DNA of 64,000 bases from Pseudomonadota bacterium. GTDB taxonomy: Bacteria; Pseudomonadota; Alphaproteobacteria; Rickettsiales; UBA6187. The stretch is from NCBI GenBank assembly GCA_027620075.1, contig JAQCEY010000001.1:448718-512717 (forward strand). Direction: 5' to 3'. Below, one piece after another: positions 56,770 through 64,000 of this stretch; within the stretch, counting starts at the first letter, position 1, and each line of letters starts with the position of its first letter. A program made the position numbers and the translations under genes. The notes beneath the pieces were generated by a model. The model ran no database searches and had not been told where the DNA came from. It saw only the letters and a list, made by a program, of their open reading frames with translations.

Positions 56770-57282
56770 TTAGTCGTAAGTTACTTCAACATCATAACTT
56801 GGGCTATGTGTACCGGTTGCAACTGTTGAATCAACGGTAAGTGTTGAACCGATATTAAATATGTCCGTTCCGCCTGTTAATGTAGCACCTGTTAAAGACC
56901 CACCTGATAATGCTTGACCACCGAATGTTCCTGTAAAGCTACCTAGGCTTAACCCTGTAATAGCAGTTGTATCTGTAATGGTTATAGAAACCGTTTCTGT
57001 AGAAGCACCTGAAATATTTACGGTTCCTTCCGATCCTGTAGTGTCGATATAATCTGCCGTACCTGCTAATACGCCTGTATCGCTTACCACTGCTGTAACC
57101 GAACCTGATGTCGGCTGAACGATTTTACCGAAATCCATATCGTTGTTAGCAACCACTTGTAACGGAGCCACTATATCAACTGTTGCGGTGTTATTTACTG
57201 TAACTGCATTTGCTGCCGAATAAGAAAATACAACACCTGTTAAAACCGAACCTGCTAATAATTTTTTAATAGAACTTTTCAT
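56770..57282 (-). CDS. Secreted major pilus subunit candidate (DUF4402/SCPU-like), Thr/Gly/Ser-rich
   Basis: Signal peptide (SYSAANA|VTV), MDFGKIV motif, and a C-terminal IGSTLTVDSTVATGTHSPSYDVEVTYD. It is the first gene of the cluster and has its own terminator. Confidence 0.75.
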   Translation of the reverse strand: MKSSIKKLLAGSVLTGVVFSYSAANAVTVNNTATVDIVAPLQVVANNDMDFGKIVQPTSGSVTAVVSDTGVLAGTADYIDTTGSEGTVNISGASTETVSITITDTTAITGLSLGSFTGTFGGQALSGGSLTGATLTGGTDIFNIGSTLTVDSTVATGTHSPSYDVEVTYD

Positions 57283-57354
57283 ATCTGTAATCCCCCAAGA
57301 AAAAAATAACTAAATAATTTATGTATATTCTGTAAATTGTTTAATTCTAATACA

Positions 57355-57383
57355 ACTGTACCATGTTTTTGACACACTGTCAA
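57355..57383 (-). promoter_or_regulatory. Candidate sigma-70 promoter of the pilus cluster with a palindromic operator over the -35
   Basis: On the minus strand: TTGACA (57383-57378), a 17-nt spacer, then TACAGT (57360-57355). The -35 is half of the perfect palindrome TTGACA-cac-TGTCAA (57369-57383). Confidence 0.45.
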
Positions 57384-57493
57384 CGAGCAAAATCACTTTT
57401 AACTACCTATAGTTTACCTTAGCACCGTCCGCACCAACTTTCAATAGCATAAATGACTATAAAACAAAATATTGAACCGTAAAAAAAATAAAA

Positions 57494-57525
57494 TTATCCA
57501 CTTTTTATCCACAGGCTTATCCGCA
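57494..57525. promoter_or_regulatory. Three same-orientation DnaA-box-like nonamers
   Basis: TTATCCACT (57494-57502), TTATCCACA (57505-57513) and TTATCCGCA (57517-57525), with starts spaced 11 and 12 bp apart and AT-rich flanks. Confidence 0.45.
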
Positions 57526-57633
57526 AGGATATGCACTATTTTAAGGCATATATGATATATATGTGTTTTATTTAGAAACATTACAAAGTGCTAAAAATGT
57601 AAAAAAATCAAAAAATTTGTACAAAAATTACAT

Positions 57634-60600
57634 TTATGCCGCTTTTTTTCGTAAATTTAGCTGTTCAAGGCATCTATTTATCCATAAAGCAGATAATTTT
57701 TCATGGATTCCGTTTTGTGCAAGCCTTTGGTCAAGATGGTCAAAGCTTACACTATCGAGATCCTGATCCTGATTAAAACAGCTATAAACGTAATATTCCT
57801 TACCTGTATCGGGGTCTATATGCTTTTGTAGGCATTGGGCACATATCTCTTTCATCATACACTGCATCGGCGAGTTTATTGAGCCGATTGCCTTATGGTC
57901 GGGCTTTAGCATATCTTTTAGTACGGTATGCCTTGCTTTACCTACAGCTTCCATCATACGGTGCGAACCGATAGCTATTATACGGTCAACATCTTCAACT
58001 TTAATGCTGCATTTACCAAGCATTCCCGAGCCATAAGCCTCAATCGCCTTAACTATATTGCCGTGGAACGCCCTGTCCTGTTCACGCTCAGGAGTAAATG
58101 TAGCTTCATCACATGCCCATATAATAACATCTGATGCTTCTTCAATATCTTTTATCTTATATCTATCCTGTGCTTTTTTATATCCGGCAAAGTAAAGTAC
58201 CCTAGAACCGTTTGCCTTTAGTGCCTTACCTATAGAAAATAACACCGCATTACCCAAACCGCCACCTACAAGCATGACGGTTTCACCAGCCGGTGTTTCG
58301 GTAGGCTCGCCCGTAGGTCCCATAAGCACTATAGGCTCATCTTTTTGCAGGTAATAGCATAAGTCTGACGAACCGCCCATTTCCAGCACTATAGTAGATA
58401 ACAATCCTTCTTCCTTATCTACCCATGCACCCGTAAGTGCCAGACCTTCCATAGCCAGTTTTGTTTTATTATTATGGTTGTCGGTAACGGTAGCGGCATT
58501 GGTCTCATAATTTTGCAGACGGTAGAACTGCCCCGGATTAAACCCTCTTGCCGCAGCAGGGGCTTTTACCACTACTTCTACTATATTAGACGTTAAACGT
58601 TCAACCTTATATACTCTTGCCAAAAGCTCATTATTCATGTACTTGATGAATTTGTCGCTCTTATCAGAATTTGAACGGCTTGCTTTATTCAATATATTGG
58701 TGATTATAGGGCAGCCCTGCTTAGCTGCACCCATGGCTTTTACCACATTCCCCACATATGAAGGGTGCATATCACCAAAAAAGCTTACGAATTTATCATT
58801 ATCGGTTTTACTTAATAGAACATGTATTTCTTCAGGCTTTGAAGAATCCCACTCCGGCTTTACCTGATTGCCGTTTTCGTCAATTGCTTTGAAATATTTT
58901 CCGTCCAACTCAAAATGCTCCGAATCCTCACGCTGCAATACGGTATTAGGGTTAGTTCCCGCTGCCATAAATATGCTCTTAGCCTGAATAAGCTCTTCAC
59001 GAGCTTGCTTAGTCCCCTCTCCCTCAGGGTGAGGGCTACTTACACTAACCTTCAAAGCCTCCGCATGAGCATATTTATCAAGTTCCACAGATACAGGAGA
59101 AGCATTAGGCACAAACTCAATACCCTCTTCTAAAGCCAGTTCAACTTCCTCATGGTTCAAGCGATATGCAGGAGAATCATGTAAATTCTTGCGGTAAACA
59201 ACCTTTACCCCTCCCCAACCTTTAATAAGCTTCACGATATTCGGCTTTCTGCCCTCTTCATGAGCAGCTTCTTTTTCTAAGCGTATAGCTTTTGCATGAT
59301 TTATAAACTCGTCACCGATTTCTCTTTCTTCGAGATTCCAACGCTTTCTTACCTCATCTTCACCAAGCTCTTCAACTAACGCCTCATATCTACGTAAGAA
59401 TTTTTCCACCTGAAAAGGGTAATAAGCAAGTGATTCGGTCGCCGTATCAACAGCCGTAAGACCACCGCCTATAACCGCTACCGGCAATCTTAGCTGTAAA
59501 TTAGCTATAGTATCTTTTTTGGCAGCTCCCGATAACTGCAATGACATTAAAAAATCCGATGCGGTACGAACGCCTCTAGCCATAGCGTTAGGCATATCAA
59601 TTACCGTAGGCTTGCCCGCACCCATGCAAAGGGCGATATGGTCAAACCCGTAACGCTTGAATGCATCATCATAAGTAATCGTACTACCGAAACGCACGCC
59701 TCCATACATGGCAAACGTACGCCTACGCTCTAATAACAATCTGATAACCTTCAGATAGTTCTTATTCCATCTAACTGTAATACCGTATTCGGCAACCCCC
59801 CCAAATCCGGCAAGAACACGCTCACCCAAATCCTCAAATATCTCTTTTATATCTTTAATAGGTTTGAAAGGAACTCGCATCCCTTTTTGGGTAACACCCG
59901 AAATATCTTCAGGCAGCGGTTCAATTTTCAAACCGTCTACCGCCACAACAGTATGTCCGTCATTTAATAAATGATGTGCCAGTGTAAATCCGGCAGGACC
60001 AAGCCCTGCAACCAACACCTTATATCCGGTATCCTCGGCAGGTAACGGTCTATCCAAATTCAAAGGATTCCACCTTGTAAATAGCGAGTAAATCTCAAAT
60101 CCATAAGGTAAATCAAGCACGTCCTGCAAAACACGGGTTTCATTTCTCGGAATATTAACAGGGTCTTGTTTTTGATATATACAACCTTTCATGCAGTCAT
60201 TACATATCCTATGCCCCGTACCTGCACACATAGGGTTATCAATCGTTACCACTGCCAACGCACCTATAGAAACACCTCTTGCTTTTAAGGTATTCATTTC
60301 GGAGATTTTTTCTTCTAGCGGACAGCCTGCCTGCTTTACATCAAGAGCTGTTTTTTTAACGCTACCGTCTTTTTCTCTTAAACCTTTAGAACATGAATCC
60401 TTGCCCTGATTATGGCAATATATACAGTAATTGGCATCATCTAATGCCTGTTTTAAGCTTATACCCTTATCGGTAAGAGCGAACCCGTCACGGTAATGGA
60501 TAGACTCGTCAGGAAGTTTCTGAACGGTAATTCCATGCTTTTGTGTTGTTTCAACAGGAACAAGGTTAAAAAAATCAAGTTTATTAGGAACTTTGAATAA

Positions 60601-61143
60601 CACACCTGATTTATGATATTTTTTACCATTGTCGGTATGCAACGCCCATGCGGCATATTTTGCTGCCATATCGATGTTTGCTTCATTTTTATCAGCATCT
60701 TCAAGCCAAGCATTTACCGTATCCGAATATAACTTCTCGGATAATGCTCCGCCCAGAGCCTTTTCTAAGTCTTTACGCAAAGCATCGCCATCAACATCTT
60801 GAACATCAACAGCTTTATATTTTTTAGCCACCTGCCTTTGTACAAACAGACGTTTGCACGTATAAATATTAGCCAGTTCATCATGTTCTTTAGCTAATGC
60901 CTTGGTTTCTTTTTGAATTTTAAAAAGACTAGCTGTAAAATCTTCTAAGTGGGGTGCTACATCAATCAGCAAATTTGAAACTTCCTTTTCTTCCATTTGC
61001 GACCTGTCAGCCCTCGCCGCAACAAAGCGGTTATGCACATCGGCATTAGCCTGTGCCAACTCACCGACAAAAGCCTTATCAAGCTTTACCAGACCGTCAC
61101 GGCTATATAAATCTTCAAATGTTATTCCAAAGTTTAGTTTCAT
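57634..61143 (-). CDS. Large multidomain Fe-S flavoprotein: unknown N-domain + GltD/NfnB-like FAD/NAD(P) oxidoreductase + PyrK/NfnA-like FNR domain
   Basis: 1169 aa. Cys clusters CIYCHNQGKDSC and CAGTGHRICNDCMKGC, dinucleotide folds VLVAGLGPAGF and VIGGGLTAVD, a C-terminal FNR-like region (GQFYRLQNYE...MLVGGGLGNAVLFS) and a terminal CMMKEICAQC...C cluster. Confidence 0.7.
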   Translation of the reverse strand: MKLNFGITFEDLYSRDGLVKLDKAFVGELAQANADVHNRFVAARADRSQMEEKEVSNLLIDVAPHLEDFTASLFKIQKETKALAKEHDELANIYTCKRLFVQRQVAKKYKAVDVQDVDGDALRKDLEKALGGALSEKLYSDTVNAWLEDADKNEANIDMAAKYAAWALHTDNGKKYHKSGVLFKVPNKLDFFNLVPVETTQKHGITVQKLPDESIHYRDGFALTDKGISLKQALDDANYCIYCHNQGKDSCSKGLREKDGSVKKTALDVKQAGCPLEEKISEMNTLKARGVSIGALAVVTIDNPMCAGTGHRICNDCMKGCIYQKQDPVNIPRNETRVLQDVLDLPYGFEIYSLFTRWNPLNLDRPLPAEDTGYKVLVAGLGPAGFTLAHHLLNDGHTVVAVDGLKIEPLPEDISGVTQKGMRVPFKPIKDIKEIFEDLGERVLAGFGGVAEYGITVRWNKNYLKVIRLLLERRRTFAMYGGVRFGSTITYDDAFKRYGFDHIALCMGAGKPTVIDMPNAMARGVRTASDFLMSLQLSGAAKKDTIANLQLRLPVAVIGGGLTAVDTATESLAYYPFQVEKFLRRYEALVEELGEDEVRKRWNLEEREIGDEFINHAKAIRLEKEAAHEEGRKPNIVKLIKGWGGVKVVYRKNLHDSPAYRLNHEEVELALEEGIEFVPNASPVSVELDKYAHAEALKVSVSSPHPEGEGTKQAREELIQAKSIFMAAGTNPNTVLQREDSEHFELDGKYFKAIDENGNQVKPEWDSSKPEEIHVLLSKTDNDKFVSFFGDMHPSYVGNVVKAMGAAKQGCPIITNILNKASRSNSDKSDKFIKYMNNELLARVYKVERLTSNIVEVVVKAPAAARGFNPGQFYRLQNYETNAATVTDNHNNKTKLAMEGLALTGAWVDKEEGLLSTIVLEMGGSSDLCYYLQKDEPIVLMGPTGEPTETPAGETVMLVGGGLGNAVLFSIGKALKANGSRVLYFAGYKKAQDRYKIKDIEEASDVIIWACDEATFTPEREQDRAFHGNIVKAIEAYGSGMLGKCSIKVEDVDRIIAIGSHRMMEAVGKARHTVLKDMLKPDHKAIGSINSPMQCMMKEICAQCLQKHIDPDTGKEYYVYSCFNQDQDLDSVSFDHLDQRLAQNGIHEKLSALWINRCLEQLNLRKKAA

Positions 61144-61179
61144 TGTTAGTTTCTCTTAAAAGTTACTTCTTATTCAGTT

Positions 61180-61323
61180 GTCATTCCTGCGAAGGCAGGA
61201 ATCTATTATAATACTGAATTATATTTCACCCTGAATTTATTTAAGGGTCTTACTAATCTCAAATTAGATTCTAAAACAAGTTCAGAATGACATTGTCATT
61301 CCCGCCTTTGCGGGAATGACAAT
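61180..61323. repeat. Cluster of palindromic REP-like repeats
   Basis: gtcattcctgc-gaag-gcaggaatc (61180-61203), attctaaa-acaag-ttcagaatgac (61268-61291), and a perfect 14-bp stem attgtcattcccgc-cttt-gcgggaatgacaat (61292-61323). Confidence 0.7.
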
Positions 61324-61352
61324 GGTATTAAGTGTAAGTGCTAAACAAAACT

Positions 61353-61400
61353 CACTAACACTTAACACTTAACACTTAACACTTAACACTCAACACCGAC
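61353..61400. repeat. Heptamer tandem repeat (CACTTAA)n
   Basis: cactaa, then cacttaa x4 (61359-61386), then cactcaa and caccgac. It lies immediately 3' of the cysNC stop. Confidence 0.8.
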
Positions 61401-61412
61401 ACTAGCAACCAA

Positions 61413-63362
61413 CTATATCCCCTCGCCTTTTGCTTCTCCTTTTTCCTTACCAAGGTTACGAAGCGGGGCTACAAAATGGTGTTCTACATATTCTTCAAGC
61501 TGGTCAACCGAGCGGTCAACCGACTGAGTACCGTTATTTACGATAAGGTCGGCATTATCCGGCTCTTCGAATTTGTCGGAAACTCCGGTAAAGTGGGCTA
61601 TTTTTCCTTCCCTTGCCTTCTTGTATAATCCTTTAGGGTCACGGCCTTCACAGGTTTTCAGGTCGGCATCGATAAAGATACTGTGGAAATTTTCAGGCAA
61701 TGCGTTTCTGGCACGCCTTCTATCCTCGGAATAAGGAGAGATAAACGCAGTAATCACGATAACACCTGCTTTTGCAAATAATGCCGCAACTTCCGCCACA
61801 CGGCGTAAGTTCTCGGAACGCCCTTCAGGTGTAAAATCAAGGTCGGCACATAATCCGTTACGGATATTATCGCCGTCTAATACATAAACCTGATAACCTT
61901 TAGCAAACAACCTGCGTTCAAGCTCAATTGCCAACGTAGTTTTACCCGCTCCCGACAATCCGCTGAACCACAACATACCGCCCAAGTGACCGTTATTTAA
62001 CGCACGTGCATTCTGGCTGATTGAACCTGTAACTTCAAACAGATTCTTTGACTCAACCTTTTTAGCCGATACACGCTGGTCGGAAAAGCCCTCCATTGAG
62101 ATAATACCGCCACCTGCAACATCATAGCCGTCCATAAGCATGAAACGCCCCATTTGCTGGTTTTGTTCAAACTCGTCCAAAGCCGCCAGCCCCCTGACCT
62201 GTAGAACAACTTCCGCAACGTCATTTCTTGCTACATTTAAAACTTCCGAGTGTGAAAGGTCATCGGTACTGATAACTTTTTCTACTTCCCTGACCTCAAC
62301 CTTATATTCACTGGTGTTAATCTTCATTACGTATCGCTTGCCTACTTCCAGATCATTCCTGCCAAGCCAGAATAATTTAGCACGGAAAAGGTTGGTTAAA
62401 ACAGGAGCGTCTTTAGTTAAACTGGCAATTTCGCCACGCTCTACGAATATCTGCTCCTCAAGCGTAACACCGACACATTGACCGGCACCGGCCTCTTTCC
62501 AAGGCTCATCAGCCCCCCAAAATTCAATTGAAGCTACTTTAGAAGTTTTGTTAGAAGGAGAAAATAACAACTTATCACCAACCTTTAAAGTTCCGGTTTC
62601 AACACGTCCGGCAAAAATACGTTTATGCTCGTCAAAACGGTAAACGTCCTGAATAGGGAAACGCAACGGTAAATCATGTAATTCAGGCTTACGCTTAAAG
62701 TTATCAAGAGCCTCTACAACCGTAGGGCCTTTATACCAAGGCATATCATCACTGCCTTTGGCTATGTTATCCCCTTCCCTTGCCGAGATAGGCACGATGT
62801 CGGTAGGCGTTACACCTATACTTTTCAAATACGCCCTGTATTCTTTTTCTATCTGTTGAAATTTCTTTTCAGAATACCCCACCAAATCCATTTTGTTAAC
62901 GGCAACGGTAATTTGCCTTACACCAAGAAGATGTAATAAATAACCGTGACGCTTTGACTGCTCCTGTACGCCTTCATTAGCGTCAATAATAAGTAGAGCC
63001 GCCTCACTCATAGCAGCACCCGATATCATATTCTTCAGGAATTCTTTATGCCCCGGAGCATCAATTATCACGTAATTACGCTTTGCAGTCTTGAACCATA
63101 TTTGCGACGTATCAATGGTTATCTCCTGATCACGCTCCGATTGCAAAGCGTCCATCAGGAACGACCACTCAAACTGCATACCCCGTCTTTTACACATTGT
63201 CTGAATCTGCTCGAACTTACCGTCAGGCAACGAATCGGTGTCATGGAACAAACGCCCGACCAAGGTTGATTTACCGTGGTCAACGTGACCGACGATAACT
63301 ATTTTCATCTGTTCTTTTGAACTTGCATTATCCATAGCCGGAACCTCTTGTATTGCTTTCAT
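61413..63362 (-). CDS. cysNC: Bifunctional sulfate adenylyltransferase subunit 1 / adenylylsulfate kinase
   Basis: N-terminal GTPase domain ([24 protein letters not shown]) and a C-terminal APS kinase domain ([14 protein letters not shown]). Confidence 0.9.
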   Translation of the reverse strand: MKAIQEVPAMDNASSKEQMKIVIVGHVDHGKSTLVGRLFHDTDSLPDGKFEQIQTMCKRRGMQFEWSFLMDALQSERDQEITIDTSQIWFKTAKRNYVIIDAPGHKEFLKNMISGAAMSEAALLIIDANEGVQEQSKRHGYLLHLLGVRQITVAVNKMDLVGYSEKKFQQIEKEYRAYLKSIGVTPTDIVPISAREGDNIAKGSDDMPWYKGPTVVEALDNFKRKPELHDLPLRFPIQDVYRFDEHKRIFAGRVETGTLKVGDKLLFSPSNKTSKVASIEFWGADEPWKEAGAGQCVGVTLEEQIFVERGEIASLTKDAPVLTNLFRAKLFWLGRNDLEVGKRYVMKINTSEYKVEVREVEKVISTDDLSHSEVLNVARNDVAEVVLQVRGLAALDEFEQNQQMGRFMLMDGYDVAGGGIISMEGFSDQRVSAKKVESKNLFEVTGSISQNARALNNGHLGGMLWFSGLSGAGKTTLAIELERRLFAKGYQVYVLDGDNIRNGLCADLDFTPEGRSENLRRVAEVAALFAKAGVIVITAFISPYSEDRRRARNALPENFHSIFIDADLKTCEGRDPKGLYKKAREGKIAHFTGVSDKFEEPDNADLIVNNGTQSVDRSVDQLEEYVEHHFVAPLRNLGKEKGEAKGEGI

Positions 63363-63509
63363 TTTAACTCCTAGTGTTTATTGGTAGTGTTGAGTGCCGG
63401 TTTTAATCCTCACTCTTAAACTCACCTTATTTATTTTCAAACGTTACCTTTGAGTGTTTGTTGTTATAGCTAGCCTTATTAACTCTTTACAACATCACCC
63501 AACACTTTT

Positions 63510-64000
63510 TTACATATAACCGTCGGCACGCAGCTTTTCAAAGCTAGCCTCATCTTCATCAGCTCCCATAGGACGACCTGAACGCTCTGAAACCTTAGTA
63601 ACTTTAAGCTCTGCGATTATCTCATCAATTGTAGTAGCACCGCTTTCTACCGGCCATGTGATACCACGCTCGCCAAGTGAACGGAAACGCATCATCTTAC
63701 CGCCGAAATCACGCCCTTCGAATACGTTATATTCCTTAGCGTAATATAGAGGAACCATAGGTATATCCTCACGTTTGATATATTCCCACACATCAAGCTC
63801 CGTCCAGTGCAATAGCGGGTGGATACGCACATGAGTTCCCGGAGGAAAATCGGTAGTGTACTGATCCCAAAACTCAGGAGGCTGATCTTTCACGTCCCAT
63901 TGGCTTTCAGCGTCACGAGGGCTAAAATAGCGCTCTTTAGCACGTGTACCTTCTTCGTCACGTCTGATTCCTGCAAACAGACCGTCAAACTTATGCTTTG
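63510..64000 (-). CDS. cysD: Sulfate adenylyltransferase subunit 2, 5' end beyond the window
   Basis: The frame is open to base 64000 (FDGLFAGIRRDEEGTRAKERYFSPRD...HPLLHWTELDVWEYI...SLGERGITWPV). Confidence 0.9.
   Translation of the reverse strand, partial: KHKFDGLFAGIRRDEEGTRAKERYFSPRDAESQWDVKDQPPEFWDQYTTDFPPGTHVRIHPLLHWTELDVWEYIKREDIPMVPLYYAKEYNVFEGRDFGGKMMRFRSLGERGITWPVESGATTIDEIIAELKVTKVSERSGRPMGADEDEASFEKLRADGYM

Noticed and set aside
57421-57436. Sigma-54-like -24/-12 element on the pilin strand (TGGTGCGGACGGTGCT, correct GG-N10-GC spacing).
   Set aside because: There are three mismatches at conserved positions (TGGCAC and TTGC). The only bEBP-like protein in the window, NtrX, lacks a GAFTGA loop, and rpoN presence is unknown. 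A better sigma-70 candidate lies downstream.
57563-57766. 67-aa plus-strand ORF overlapping the 3' end of the large oxidoreductase gene.
   Set aside because: It is antisense to a well-supported 1169-aa CDS, starts in AT-rich intergenic DNA and has no motif.
1-64000. Scan for tRNA, rRNA, tmRNA or RNase P RNA genes and for CRISPR arrays.
   Set aside because: The intergenic regions contain no T-loop GGTTCGA-type motifs with matching acceptor stems, no rRNA-like segments, and no regularly spaced direct repeats of 25-40 bp. The only tandem array is the 7-bp microsatellite at 61353-61400.

Overview
This is a visibly AT-rich alphaproteobacterial chromosome segment. Gene content and order look Rickettsiales/Holosporales-like, but the exact taxon cannot be set from the sequence alone. 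About 60 protein genes are supported, mostly housekeeping: sodB, yajC-secD, pccB-pccA, maeB, rpsT, hflX, trkA-ntrX-ntrY-dusB, ispDF-pgpA-cinA, bfd-bfr, lipA, cobS, trmB, metK, phrB, thrC, SURF1 with ctaC-D-B-G-E, rpmH-rnpA-yidD-yidC-engB-argB, and cysD-cysNC. I saw no rRNA, tRNA or CRISPR array. The main accessory system is a six-ORF archaic (Csu/sigma-like) chaperone-usher pilus cluster at 51531-57282 on the minus strand. It has three paralogous small secreted subunits that look DUF4402/SCPU-like, a PapD-like chaperone and an usher. The usher reading frame is broken by one in-frame TAG, after which the frame stays open through an unusual C-terminal beta-sandwich module. The cluster contains repeat and hairpin elements and is bordered by a MITE. 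Its upstream region holds a TTGACA-N3-TGTCAA palindrome over a good promoter and three phased DnaA-box-like nonamers. Other accessory items: two orphan paralogous prepilin-type proteins; a JmjC/cupin-8 gene next to a 148-bp MITE with an 8-bp target-site duplication, inserted in the conserved ispDF/dusB spacer; a doubly degenerate GGDEF-EAL-like protein; a 1169-aa GltD/NfnB-like plus PyrK/NfnA-like fusion oxidoreductase; a small disordered ORF with a eukaryote-type N-myristoylation/palmitoylation start (MGIWCSK); a consensus promoter overlapped by two Fur-box-like sites in front of bfd-bfr; and a mosaic family of GC-rich palindromic intergenic repeats plus a CACTTAA heptamer array. All family assignments come from reading motifs by eye. 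No database search was run.
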